In this document: in pieces, positions 38,092 through 50,340 of the stretch
Position numbering within the stretch: position 1 is the stretch's first letter
Layout of the letters: each line of letters starts with the position of its first letter
From: Eledone cirrhosa
Lineage: Eukaryota
Length of the DNA: 64,000 bases
Assembly: GCA_964016885.1 (NCBI GenBank)
Contig: OZ024742.1
Span: 205,034,001-205,098,000, forward strand
Reading direction: 5' to 3'
The notes under the pieces: model-generated
The model's database searches: none
Told to the model about the DNA's origin: nothing
Seen by the model: only the letters and a program-made list of their open reading frames with translations
Position numbers and translations under genes: made by a program

Positions 38092-38875
38092 ATGGCTTCC
38101 CACTCTGTTCTGCCAACCTACACGGGCGACGTAAGGCTTTGGTTCGCCCAGCTAGAAGCATTATTCAAGGCGAACAGAGTTGACGAGGAACTACAACGTT
38201 CTGTGGTCCTTAGCGCAATTCTGCTGGCAATTCTCCCAGCGTTTAAGGACCTGGTGTTAGAGACACCCACAGACTCGTCGTACACGTCTCTGAAGGCTGA
38301 AATACTCAGCCGGACAGAACACTCTTCAGAAAAAAGATTTAGGGCTTTGGTCCACTGGAGCATATAGGGGATGGCACCCATCGAACCTCCTAAGGCGAAT
38401 GACGGACCTAACGGAGGGATCGGTAGCGGAAACTGCCCTGCTGAAGCAGTTGTTCTTCTCGCGCCTGCCGACCAACGTACAGGCAATTTTGGCCCCCATG
38501 AGGGATACAAGCACGGTGGATCAGCTTTCCGCCTCTGCGGACAAAGTTTTCGAGGTGACGAATGCCGGAGGCAGCGACCCCCTTGCCGCTGTTCACCACC
38601 CAGCTCGGGCCACACACGGCCATGAGATCTACGCGGCAGCGCCAATAGACAGCTCAACCATTATGGCGATGCATTCAGGAACTCACCATAGAGCTCCACA
38701 AGATGAAGGCCTTGTGTGGTGCCCGTTCGCGCCCCTGCAGTCGCGGGAGATCGCAAGTTTTAGACGGCGTTCTAAATCACCAGCTTCATCTTTATGCTGG
38801 TACCACGAGCGATTTGCTGAGAACGCGAATCACTGCGTGCAACCTTGCTCCTTTCATAAGGCGGGAAACGCCTAA
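38092..38875 (+). pseudogene. gag of CsRN1 element A (frameshifted)
   Basis: LWFAQLEALF...LFFSRLP...CWYH..C..PC split over ORFs 38092-38367 and 38399-38875. Confidence 0.85.
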
Positions 38876-41800
38876 GAGGTCCGCTGATGGGGACAGCTGA
38901 CCTCAACATAAAGCCACCAAACCGCCGTTTCTTCATTAAGGACCTCATGTCCGGAAGATGTTTCCTCGTGGATACAGGAGCCTCCTGTAGTATTTGGCCG
39001 GTCCATTGCCTGAAAGATACCCCCATAGAGTCATCTGTTACGCTGCAGGCAGTTAACCACTCGTCTATAAAGACGTACGGGCAAATCTCGCTTCCTCTCA
39101 AATTCCTAAATCTTCGAAGGGATTTTAAGTGGATTTTTACGGTTGCCGATTTGCCATACCCCATCTTAGAAGCGGATTTCCTCCACAACTTCTCTTTAAC
39201 TGTGGACGTCCGTGGCCAACGCCTGGTGGATAACATCACCGGCTTTTCAATTCATGGCCAGGAAGCCAATGCTCCAATAGTCAGCCCCATGTTCTTCGTC
39301 GCTGCCGCTGGAGACGCCTACCATTCGTTGCTGGGTTCTTTCCCGGAGCTCACGGATGGAAATTTTCGAGTCACTGACCCAACACACTCGACCGAACATT
39401 TTGTTTCCACCACCGGTGCTCCAGTGTTTTCGCGTCCACCCTGCTTACCGACGGAAAAATTAAAGGCAGCACGGTCCGAGTTCGACCATATGCTGCAGCT
39501 GGGCATTATTCGCCCACCTACGAGTCCTTGGGCTTCACCGTTACACATGGTGCCCAAGACTTCCGGCGACTGGAGATCCACTGGGGATTATAGGAGGTTA
39601 AATGCCATGACCGTCCCGGATAGGTATCCCATTCCCCATCTCCATGATTTTGCATCTTCACTGCAGGGATGTAAGATTTTTTCTAAGTTAGATTTAGTGC
39701 GAGCCTACCACCAAATTCCGGTCAGGAAGGAGGATATTCCGAAAACGGCGATTACAACCCCTTTCGGATCCTTCGAATTTTTGACCATGCCTTTCGGACT
39801 CAGGAACGCCGCTAGCACTTTTCAGCGGTTCATAGACGAGGTCACGCGTGGTCTGGACTTCGTTTATGCTTAGATAGACGATATTCTCGTCGCTAGTTCC
39901 TCCCCGGAAGAGCATATGCGCCACATGCTTCTCTTATTTCGGCGACTTCAGGATTACCGCGTTCGCGTGAATCCAGCAAAGTGCGTTTTCGGTTCCACTT
40001 CCCTAAATTTTTTAGGCCACCTCATCGACGCCGAAGGTATTAGGCCGCTCCCTCAGCGAGTTCAAGCCATACAGGAGTTACCTCCGCCTACTACACTTCA
40101 CCAGTTGCGTCACTTCTTAGGCCTAATCAATTTCTATAGGCGTTTCGTTCCTCATTGTGCTAATTTGCTATCTTCCCTTACTGACATTTTAAAAAGTCGT
40201 CGTAAGAAGAATGAGGATATTTCCTTGACACAAGGACAACTTCAAGACTTCCAGACTGCCAAGACAGCACTCGCTAGTTCATCTTTGCTAGCCCACCCGG
40301 TACCAGAGGCCAAGCTTTCGCTTTGTGTTGATGCATCTGATACCGCTGTGGGAGCAGTTTTACAGCAGTCCTACTTTTGGCATTTTTCTCGAGGAAGTTG
40401 AAACCAGCAGAAACGCGTTATAGCACGTTTGGGCGGGAATTATTAGCCATATATCTGTCGGTGAAACATTTCTCTCATATTCTTGAGGGGAGAAATTTTA
40501 CAGTTTTTACCGACCACAAACTGTTGACCTTCGTTTTGAGGGCCAAAGCCGACAGATATTCGTCCAGAGAGACAAGGCACCTGGACTACGTTTCACAATT
40601 TACAAACGATATCCAGTACATTGCCGGCTCGCACAACATAGCTGCAGACGCATTGTCACGTTTGCCAATTAGCTCCATCTCGTCAGCCCAGGAGATCGAC
40701 TTAGGTCGTTTAGCTGCAGACCAGCCTGCACTCCAATCGTTGGACACTCTTTCTGCTGAATTTGCGACTTGCATTTTCAAATATCTGCCCTTGTCCACCA
40801 CCGACAGGCAGATTCTATGTGATGTATCTACTGATGCACCACGACCACTTGTTCCTGAGACTCACCGTCGAATTGTGTTCCTGGCTTTGCACAACATTTC
40901 TCATCCAGGATCTGCTGCCACAGTAAAGCTCATAACAGCCAGATTCTTCTGGCCAAATATGAGGCGCGACATTGCTGCTTGGTGCCGTTCCTGCATCGCT
41001 TGCCAGAAATCGAAAATCCATAGACACATCCGGACTCCACTTGGTACTTTCAGTACTCCAGATGCTCGGTTTCAACACATCCACATTGACATCGTTGGAC
41101 CTTGGCCATTCAGCAGTGGATATTCATACATATTGACCTGTGTCGATCGTTTTTCGCGATGGCCTGAAGCCATCCCTTTACAAGACATGACTGTTGAGAC
41201 TGTAGCACGTTCCCTGGTATCAGGGTGGATTACCCGCTTTGGGGTACCAACTACACACACCACAGACCGTGGTAGACAATTCGAGTCCCATCTCTTCTCT
41301 GAGCTCACAAAAATAATTGGAGCTCAGCGGATTCGGACCACAGCCTATCATCCTGCTTCAAATGGAATGGTGGAACGATTCCACCGCCAATTAAAGGCCG
41401 CTCTTCGCGCCTATCCAGACTCTCAACGTTGGAGTGAGTACCTTCCTATTGTGTTGTTAGGAATTCGGTCATCAATAAAGGAGGACCTTGGGTTCTCCCC
41501 GGCCGAATTACTTTACGGTGCTCCTCTAGCGTTGCCTGGGCAAATGCTTGCCCCTGTTGATCTTGCTTTCCAAGATCCGCTTTCCTACGTATCCCGTCTG
41601 GGTTCTTATTTTCAGGACCTGCCGCCGATGGATACGAGGAAACAAACTGTAAAACCTGCGGTCCCGAGGGATATTGCCTCGTGGACCCATGTGTTCGTAA
41701 GGAACGATGCTGTGAGACCACCCCTCACACAACCATACTCTGGACCCTACCGTGTGTTAGCACGTACTGACAAACATTTCACTGTAGACGTTAAGGGGTC

Positions 41801-41990
41801 CAGAGAGACAATTTCGGTGGATAGACTGAAAAGAGCACACACTGACGCTCATACATCCGAACCACAAATACCCCAATCTTTCTCTCTTGTGCATACACCT
41901 GCTCCTTCTGCCCCACCTTCACCTACATACAAGACTACGACCCGTTCCGGTCGGAGAGTCCACTGGCCCAAAAAGTCTGCCAAACTATTT
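38863..41990 (+). pseudogene. pol of CsRN1 element A (PR-RT-RH-IN) with stop and frameshift
   Basis: [20 protein letters not shown]; YIDD tyrosine replaced by TAG (39871-39873); CVDAS, HPG..C..C, HIDIVG, TDRG, NGMVER, GPY. Confidence 0.92.
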
Positions 41991-44900
41991 TTATGTGAAC
42001 TGGCCACTGGAGCCTTATTATTTTTTTGCTGTTCTTGTTATTTATTGATTTATTGTATTACAATGTACCTCTCATTACCATTTCACTGGATGTATATATA
42101 TGTTTTTCGTTTCCTTTTACAACGAACATTTTAAGCTATATTCTTCTATTTGCCGGTTTAAAAATTTACCATGTAAATTTGCCGTTGAAAACTGCGCATT
42201 TATTCAGAATGCTTATTTCTCTGGTCGCTGGCCTCTTGACCCTTCCAGGACAACGCATTCACAACATCAACAACAACAACACAGCTTCATCATCAACCAA
42301 AACCAAAACCAGCAGAACAAGCCAGAGAATTTATTTCTGCAGCACTCTTCCTGTGAGAAATTCCCTTCGGAAGTTGGAAATTTCACGTTATACCACAGAC
42401 CAGAAACCACCTGCATTCATTCTCTGGAACACATTCTTTCCTGCTGTCATGTGATTGCACACATGTGAACTGTATTTTGAACTTTGACCTCTTCTCTTAC
42501 TTTTATTACATTGTATCATAATGTTCATGCCTCTTACATGCTCGCCATCTTACTCCATGCATGCTTCATTCGATTTTTATGTTTTAAAAATCTGGCGGGA
42601 GATAATGTAGCAAGAGTTGCCTCCCTTGTCATGACAATCATTCCTTTCTCATAATCCTTCGCCACCAAGAAGAATGCAACATGCAGCCTAAGAACCTAAG
42701 AAGATGTTAACACCTCCAAGAGAAGATCTCTGTTCTTCTCCACAAACTAGAGCCTGGAGTTGTGATCCACGGGTAATGATTTATTTATATTAATCCCTTT
42801 GACTTCTATGAAGTAAAAACATTATCACAACACACACCGGCATTTATTGTCTTTTGTAATAATTTTATATGTACACCGATACTAATCTCCTAAAACCTGA
42901 CACAAACCCGAACTGCATTTCATCTAGATCAATTCACTCTCTGATTAGTTGCGCTATTACTTTTTCTGTGATCTTCATGACCTGGTCAATTAATTTAATG
43001 CCTCTATAGTTTCCCCTATCTAGGGCATCTCCTTTACCCTTGTAGCAGTTAGTGATGATGCTGCTATGCCAGTCCTTCAGAACGACCCCATTCTGTATGA
43101 CTTGGTTTACTATCCGGGTGACCATAGTGTGTCCCACCGTTCCAGAGGCTTTCAGCATTTCAGCAACTATTTCCGAAGGCCCAGCCGCCTTACCCGTCTT
43201 CATATCTTTCATTGCCTTACTTATTATACTACCTTCAACTTGCACTGCTGGTCCCTCTATTGGATCGATGTGGGGGAGGCTGTCTTTCTCCCATTTATTC
43301 TCCTCATTTAGTAGCCTTTCGTAGTGACACTTAAAGCTACCTTCTTATCAGCGTCAGTGATGGCAAGTACACCATCATCATTAAGGACACACTTCTCCCA
43401 GACAATATCACGGTTTTCCTTGACACATTGCCTAGCAATCCTGAACACCTCACGTTTTTGGTCCTCGCGTTGTAGAACATGCTTGAACTTTCTTTCCTCT
43501 GCTTCCCTTCTTGCAAAGTACACTTGTCTCCTAGCTTTCCTCCTGGTCACTTGATAGTCTTCTCTACTTCCCCCATCCCGCGCCATACTTTCCAAGCCTG
43601 CTTTTTGGCCTTGATAGACTCCTCCACCTTACTGTTCCACCACCATATTACTCTCCTCCTGCCTATAGGTCTGCTCCAGTCACAGACTTCATATGCCGCC
43701 TTCAGCAGGTTAGCTTTCAGGAGTTCCCACTGTTCCTCTATATTGTACGACTCTAATTACTCTTCCTTACTGTCAAAAGCATCAAGTAATATGCTTTTAA
43801 ATTTATTACTGGCTGTGGGGTCCTTTAGCTTCCATATTTTTCTCCTGAGGATAGTCCTCCTCTGTTGTCGAATACATCTTGTCCTGACTATGAGTCTATG
43901 TTGGGAGGTGCATTCTTCATGGGGGAGGGATTTAGTGTTTACAACAGACACTCTATCACGTCTTCTGGTAAGGATATAATCTATCTGACTGGCGTATTCC
44001 CCTGATCTATAGGTGATCAAGTGATTGTCTCGTTTTTTGAAGTTAGTGTTACAGATAGTTAGGTTATTTGCGTCACAGAATTCCAGGATTCTGGAGCCTT
44101 CCTCATTTCTAGTACCAAACCCATAGCCTCCATCGATTCCGTCATAGCCGTCACAATGTTGTCCAACGTGACCATTTAGGTCGCCAGCAATAATTATGTA
44201 GTCACTGTCGGTTATTTGGGAGGTAGTGAGCATCAATGACTCATAGAATCTGTCTTTTATAACGCCAGGCAGTCCAGATTGACAAATTAAGCAAACACAT
44301 TTTCCGAAGTGCTCAATGAAAAAATAGCTAAGTGTCCAGCCATCGTTAAAAGTTCGGCACTCCAAATCCACTTTTCTTAGCTTCCATGGGCTTGTTTTTG
44401 TTCAAACAAAAAAGATTTATGGAAAGGAAAAAGAACAAAAAGTATAATAATCAGAATGGAGAAATAAGAAACAATGAAAACAAATGTAAATGCAAATACA
44501 GTAATGCGATAAAATATGATAATTGTTAATAAATTATATAAAACCCGGTTTCTAACGACGTTATTAGATCAGGGTTGCCATTTGTTTTTTTAAACCACTT
44601 TTGGCCTAATTCTAATAATAATAATTCACACAATTTATCACGAATAATTAAATAAACGTTATTATCGAATAAAGATACCTACTGTATATTTGTTATACCA
44701 CCAGACAACAAACTCAAATGAAAATACTCTGGGGAGGAGGGAACGAAGTAATTTGTCTCACACATGTCATCGGTTCGATGTCTCCGGAGATTATGAATGA
44801 GGTTCGAGACCTCATTTTAGCACCACCCGGCTCTGTGTCATATGACACATTTAAAACAACATTAATTAAGCGGACGTCGGAGTCGCAGCAGAAGCACTTG

Positions 44901-46888
44901 CACCAGCTCCTCATATCAGAGGAATTAGGAGATAAAAAGCCGACACAACTTCTACGGCGAATGAAGCAGCTCCTGGGAGAACATAAACTCCCGGATGAAA
45001 TTTTCAAGCAACTCTTCCTCCAGCATTTGCCTTCTGCCACACAAGTTGTACTAGCATCCACCAGGGAGTCTACCACCATAGAAGAACTCGCCGAGCTGGC
45101 AGATAAGATCATGGAGGTACCACATCCGCACTCAACTTTAGCGAATGTGACGCCAGCCCCCCCACACACACACCACCAATCCTTTCCTTCAGCCCTCCAG
45201 TGCCACACAGATGCCCGATCTACACCAGTTACTGGCACAGCAAGCAACACAGATACAGGCCTTGACGCAACAAATTCAGGCCTTGTCAGTGGGCAACCCT
45301 GCCACGCGTCGGTCCAACAGTCGAACTCGACGATTTGGTGGTCGCTCAAGAAGTCCGAGCACATCTCGGGATTCACCAGAAATGTGTTGGTACCACCAAA
45401 AATTCGGGAGACGAGCACAAAAGTGCAGTCATCCCTGTTCATTTGTCGAATCAGTGAAACGACACAGCCAGAAACTGAATGCGACGGACGTTTCTGGCCC
45501 TCATAACCAAAGTCGCCTATTTTTCATTCAGGATCGCGTCACAGGCACGCGTTTCCTGGTCGACACCGGTGCTGAAGTCAGCATCATCTCCGTTTTCTGC
45601 GTTCCTGGAAAAAGGAGAGAGACACCAGCCTGGCTCCAGGCAGTGAATCACTCATATTCCGACCTACGGAGAATAGTCCCTGACACTAAATTTGGGACTA
45701 CGTCGCACTTTCCAGTGGGTATTCGTTGTGGCTAAGCTGCTGACCCCTATTTTAGGAGCTGATTTTCTTCAGAACTTCTCGCTGCTAGTGGACTTGAAAA
45801 ACCAACGACTCGTTGACAACTCCACTGGTCTCGCTGTGCGCGGCATAGCCGCTAGGACAGCCACAGTCAGTCCAGTCATTTCACGATCGACAACAACAAC
45901 ATCATCATCAACAAATACCCAGACGTAGCTCGACCACTATTCAACGCTTGCTCTGTAAAACATGACGTCACACGCCACATAAAAACACACGGCCCACCTG
46001 TCACTGCACGACCTAGAAGGCTACCACCAGACCGGCTGAAGTCCGTCAAACAAGAATTTCAGCACATGCTTGATCTCGGCATCAAACGTCCGTCCAGCAG
46101 CAACTGGTCCTCACCCATACACTGTGTACCCAAGAAGTCGTCAAACGACTGGCGAATCTGTGGCGACTACCGTGCACTGAACAACTGTACCATTACTGAC
46201 TCTTATCCAGTGCCTCATCTACAGGACTTTTCTAGCTCACTGCACGGGGCTTGCATATTTTCGAAGATCGATCTTGTGCGAGCTTACAATCAGATACCCA
46301 TTGAGCCCCCAGATATTTCTAAGACCGCCGTCACAACACCCTTTGGAATGTTTGAATTTCTGCGTATGCCTTTCGGTTTGCGAAATTCAGCGCAGACATT
46401 CCAGCGATTCATCGATACAGTCACCAGAGGTCTACCTTTTGTATACGCATACATTGACGACTTACTGGTGGCCAGCAGCTCTGATGAAGAACATGAGAAA
46501 CACCTAGATCTCCTATTCACACGTTTGCGTGAATACGGAATTGTTATCAACCCCAGCAAATGTGAGTTCGGAGTTGCATTCCTTCATTTTCTGGTGTGGG
46601 TATGGTGTGGCGTGCGGTGGCCGGGGGGGGGGGGGGGGGGGGGGGGGTGAGTGCTCGACCGGAAGGGGTTTTTGAGTGCTCGACCGGAAGGGGTCTTTGA
46701 CCGGAAGGATGCTCGACCGGAAGGGCCAGGAGAGGGCCTCTCTCTAGTGGTGACCAGCATACGGCGAGGACGCGTTTTGGGTAGCTCCCGGTGTTAAGCA
46801 GTCGGACGCACGTGGAAGAGGAGTACCTGCAGTGGAATTTAGCGGCGCCTGTGAAAAGCGGTAAGTGAGATAGCTTTTTCTAACCACA

Positions 46889-46900
46889 AGCTATTTCGGC
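46889..46900 (+). promoter_or_regulatory. Putative primer-binding site complementary to tRNA-Phe nt 1-12
   Basis: AGCTATTTCGGC is the reverse complement of GCCGAAATAGCT, the 5' end of metazoan tRNA-Phe(GAA) as recalled; identical at 30951-30962. Confidence 0.65.
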
Positions 46901-46958
46901 GACTGAAAAAAAAAAAAAAAAAAAAAAAAAAAACACTTGCCGCAAAACAAATCAGAAG

Positions 46959-47720
46959 ATGGCGACAAGACTACGGATGAACGAAGCTATCAGGCCATTC
47001 ACCGGGGAAGGTGATGTTGTCGCTTGGCTGCGGAAGGTTCGGCTGGTCGCGGGCTTGCAGAAGATAGAAGACGTGGCCGGTCTCATTGCATTGTACCTCG
47101 AGGGCGACGCGTTGGTACTCTTCCTTGAGTTGGACGAGCACAGCCAAAGAGATGTGCAGAAGCTTGAGAGGCGTCTGATGGATGCATTCGCCGAGGGACC
47201 GTTGGCGGCTTTTGCTAAGCTGGCGAGAATCAGGTGGAATGGTGAGCGCGTCGACATTTTCGCAGCGGAAATAAGGCGGTTGGCTATGTTGGCGGGTTAC
47301 CAGGCGGAATGCGAACGCACAGTGCGGTTGGCATTCATCAATGGATTTCCGGACGACATAGCGGTGAAACTGCAGCAAGTCCCGGGGTACAAGGAGATGG
47401 AAATGTGTTCACTGGTGGAACAAGCCCGGATCATAGCGGAAGATGCCAAAAAGAGTGTCGCGGCGATAGCGACTACGGAGGCTCAGGACACCTGGCAGCG
47501 AAATGGTCAAAGGGAGGCAACCTCGGCACGCGGCCGTTCGCGAGAATTTAGGGGCCGCTGTTTTAGGTGTCACGGCCCGCATATGGCTAGAGACTGTAGA
47601 GAGTCGAAGCCGGATATAATTTGCTACCGGTGTAAGCGACCAGGCCACATCGCTACTAACTGCGACCAGGGAAACGGTCCAAGGGGAACTACTGCGCCGG
47701 TAGTTGCCCCTTACGAGTAG
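46959..47720 (+). CDS. Gag (intact, 253 aa, two zinc knuckles)
   Basis: ATG-to-TAG ORF; CFRCHGPHMARDC and CYRCKRPGHIATNC. Confidence 0.88.
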   Translation: MATRLRMNEAIRPFTGEGDVVAWLRKVRLVAGLQKIEDVAGLIALYLEGDALVLFLELDEHSQRDVQKLERRLMDAFAEGPLAAFAKLARIRWNGERVDIFAAEIRRLAMLAGYQAECERTVRLAFINGFPDDIAVKLQQVPGYKEMEMCSLVEQARIIAEDAKKSVAAIATTEAQDTWQRNGQREATSARGRSREFRGRCFRCHGPHMARDCRESKPDIICYRCKRPGHIATNCDQGNGPRGTTAPVVAPYE

Positions 47721-47726
47721 CGGCGC
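47669..47726 (+). promoter_or_regulatory. -1 ribosomal frameshift signal (slippery heptamer plus hairpin/pseudoknot)
   Basis: G GGA AAC in the gag frame; the -1 frame is open into the protease; stem at 47681-47712; loop GCGCCG can pair with CGGCGC at 47721-47726. Confidence 0.8.
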
Positions 47727-50340
47727 TGCCCGTGGTGGAAGTCTTCGTGAGAGGGAAGCCACAGCGAGCCCTCGTGGATACGGGCTGTACGACGACACTG
47801 GTGACCGCGGGGGTGGCGCAGAGGTGGGGAGGGAAGAGCAGCGTAAGGGCAGTCGACGGCAGGAAAATTGAATGCCGAGGTCGCAGCGAGATGGAAATAG
47901 CGGTACGGGGAAGGACGATAAGGCTTTCCGCCATCGTGGTAGACAGTGTGGTGGATGGGATCGGCGTGGTTATGGGCATGGACGCGATTGGCCGTCTAGG
48001 GGGCGTCACGGTGAACAATGTCGGTGTGTCGTTTGGCGCCGCTGCATCGGTATGCGCTGTGAGTGCACGTCATGAGAACCAGAAGGCCCACGAGGAGCAA
48101 TACCCCGTTACACTGTACAGGACAAGGACTTCAAGGCCGTGTTTGATGGGCATCGATGGGTTGTTGAGTGGTACTGGAAGGGAGAACCACCAACACTGAA
48201 GACCAAAGTGGGCTGCTATCAACACACATTGAAGGGAAACGCTAGGGGCGAGTTCGAGCGAGAAATAGAGAGATGGATCGAAGAGGGCATACTGCTTCCC
48301 TGGAAGGAGGAGGTGAAGTGCGGAGTATTGCCGTTGATGGCGGTGGTGCAACCCACGAAGAGCAAGGTGAGGCCGGTGCTGGACTATCGAGAGCTGAACG
48401 AGCACGTGTCATGCCACACGGGTGGCGAGGTCACGGATGTCTGTGGGGAAACCCTGCGTGAGTGGAGACGCATGACGGGGGGTTCAGCGATCGTGGATCT
48501 AAAGTCTGCTTACTTGCAGTTGCATATAGATGAGAAGCTCTGGCGGTATCAGCTGGTCAGGTATAAGGGCCGGACATATTGCCTGACCAGGCTCGGTTTC
48601 GGGCTGAGCTCCGCACCGAAGATCATGGCGGCGGTCCTCAAGACCGCTCTGGGGAGGGCCGACAAGATAAAGAGGGCTACTAACTCCTACATTGACGACA
48701 TCCTAGTGGACGAGTCGGTGGTGTCGACGGCGGAGGTCACGAGCCATTTGCGGAGGTATGGACTGACTGCGAAGCCATCAGAAGCATTGGAGGGACTTGG
48801 AGTGACAGAGTGGGAGAGAGAACGGTGGCCATGATGCAGGAGATCGTGGGGAGGGTGAAGGCCGACGACCCAGTGCGGGGACGCTGGTACGTTCCCAAAT
48901 CACGGAGCGGGACCGTATGGTGCGATGCCAGCAGCATAGCGCTGGGTGTCACGTTGGAGATAGGAGGTGTTGAGGTCGAGGATGCAGCCTGGCTTAGAAA
49001 GAAGGACGACTGCAGCCACATCAACGTGGCCGAGCTGGACGCGGTGTTGAGAGGGGTGAACCTCGCCCTGCGGTGGGGGCTGCGCACCATCGAGATACGC
49101 ACCAACTCGGCTACCGTACTCGGATTGGTAAGATCAGTGCTCACCAGTGAGAAGAGAGTGCGAACGAGAGGCGCGGCGGAGATGCTGATAAAGCGCCGCC
49201 TGGGAACGTTAGGAGAGCTGGCCACCGAGTTCGACCTGAAGCTGAGCGTAGTGTTCGTGCCCTCAGAGAAAAATAGGGCGGACATCTTAACTAGAGTGAA
49301 GAAAGCCTGGATGGAAGCGCCGGAGGAGGTAGAGGATGAGATAGCTGCCGTGTGTCGGCTGACCGAGTTAGACCTGAAGGGGTTGCATGACATGCACCAC
49401 ATGGGGGTGGATAGGAGCCTGTTCCTAGCCAGGAGAATCGACTCAGACGTTAGCAGACACAGTGTTCGGGGGTGGTTAGAGGCTGCGTCCGATGTCAGTC
49501 CATTGATCCCGCCCCGGGTGTACACGAAACGGGAAGCCTCCCGGTGGATCGCGACTGGAAGCGATTAGCGGTGGATGTGACGCACTACTGGCAGGGAACG
49601 TACCTCTCGATGGTCGACTGTGGACCAGGTCGAATGACGATATGGAGGGAGATGAAGACTGGAACGGCCGAGGAAATCGTGCGGACGTTGAGAGAGGTGT
49701 TCTTGGAGCGGGGCCCTGTGGATGAACTGCTGATGGACAACAGCGCAGCGTTCCGCTCGGAGGCACTGAGGGAGATGCTCGATGGATGGAAGGTGGACCG
49801 TTTCTTCAGAGCGGCGCACAGGCCGAGCAGGAATGGACTCGTGGAGCGACACCACCGGACGATCAAGGCAATGGCGGAGCGGGGCCATATCTTACCAATG
49901 GAGGCAGTGTTCTGGTACAATATGTCCCCTCGGGTTGGACAGGTCGAGGAATCGGTGCCACACAGAGCAGTATTCAAATACGAGTGGCGGCACCCGTGCA
50001 CGCCACCACAACGGCCAGTGGGGAGAGAGAGTGCATTCGTGCAGGTGGGCGAAGAAGTCTGGGTTAAGCCCCAGATGCACGGTGCACATCTCAATGGGGA
50101 AGGGGAACGGTGACGGCCGTAAATTCAAAGAACAATGTGTCCGTGGACGGGGTACCACGTCATGTCCTGGATGTAAGAAGAATCACTGTATCGACGGACT
50201 CCGAGGAAGAGGAAACCCAAGATGAGGTGGAAACCCAGAGCCCTGCCCCAATACTACGAAGATCGCAACGAAGTCGTAGACCACCGACCTGGACGGCAGA
50301 CTTTCATATGCAGAGGGACGAGGGGGAAATTGATCCTTGA
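47669..50340 (+). pseudogene. pol (PR-RT-RH-IN) of the nested element, with frameshifts and a probable internal deletion
   Basis: ALVDTGC; RPVLDYRELN, VDLKSAY, RLGFGL, YIDD; WCDAS..HINVAEL; HDMHH..CVRC, AVDVTH, MDN, NGLVER. Confidence 0.88.

Larger units (their letters stand above)
37445..42894 (+). mobile_element. Ty3/Gypsy LTR retrotransposon, CsRN1 lineage (element A), defective
   Basis: LTRs starting TGTAGCAAGAG at 37445 and 42606; 4-bp TSD ACCT (37441-37444, 42895-42898); Gag motif Cx2Hx9Cx3C (CWYHERFAENANHCVQPC); order PR-RT-RH-IN. Confidence 0.93.
35800..44278 (-). mobile_element. RTE LINE (5'-truncated in the APE endonuclease), inserted in the hAT transposase and split by a Gypsy
   Basis: APE motifs GDLNGHVG and SQIDYIL; RT motifs YRGIKL, QFGF and YADD; (CAT)n at ~35800; TSD TTGACA at 35794-35799 and 44279-44284. 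Confidence 0.9.
33822..44387 (-). mobile_element. hAT (Charlie/SPIN/GTF2IRD2-like) DNA transposon, interrupted and decayed
   Basis: TIR CAGGGGTCGGCAACC at 33822. Transposase N-terminus (KVDLECRTFNDGW...CLICQ, 44387-44279) resumes as ETIAVKKVSNIKRQYETRH at ~35793, then KPFTDG, YSIAIDET, HCIIHQEALC, WLSHG and LNLELQG down to ~34100. Second TIR not found. Confidence 0.88.

Noticed and set aside
42026-42468. env-like ORF after the integrase in CsRN1 element A
   Set aside because: Short, low-complexity ORFs without ATG-led signal peptide, furin site or conserved fusion motifs.
43757-44371. 204-aa ORF resembling a transposase-endonuclease fusion
   Set aside because: A chance in-frame junction of the hAT N-terminus and the inserted RTE APE domain at TSD TTGACA.
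44570-44582. CAGGGTTGCCA as the missing second TIR of the hAT element
   Set aside because: Wrong orientation and sequence for pairing with CAGGGGTCGGCAACC, and no matching 8-bp TSD (ATCTATGA).
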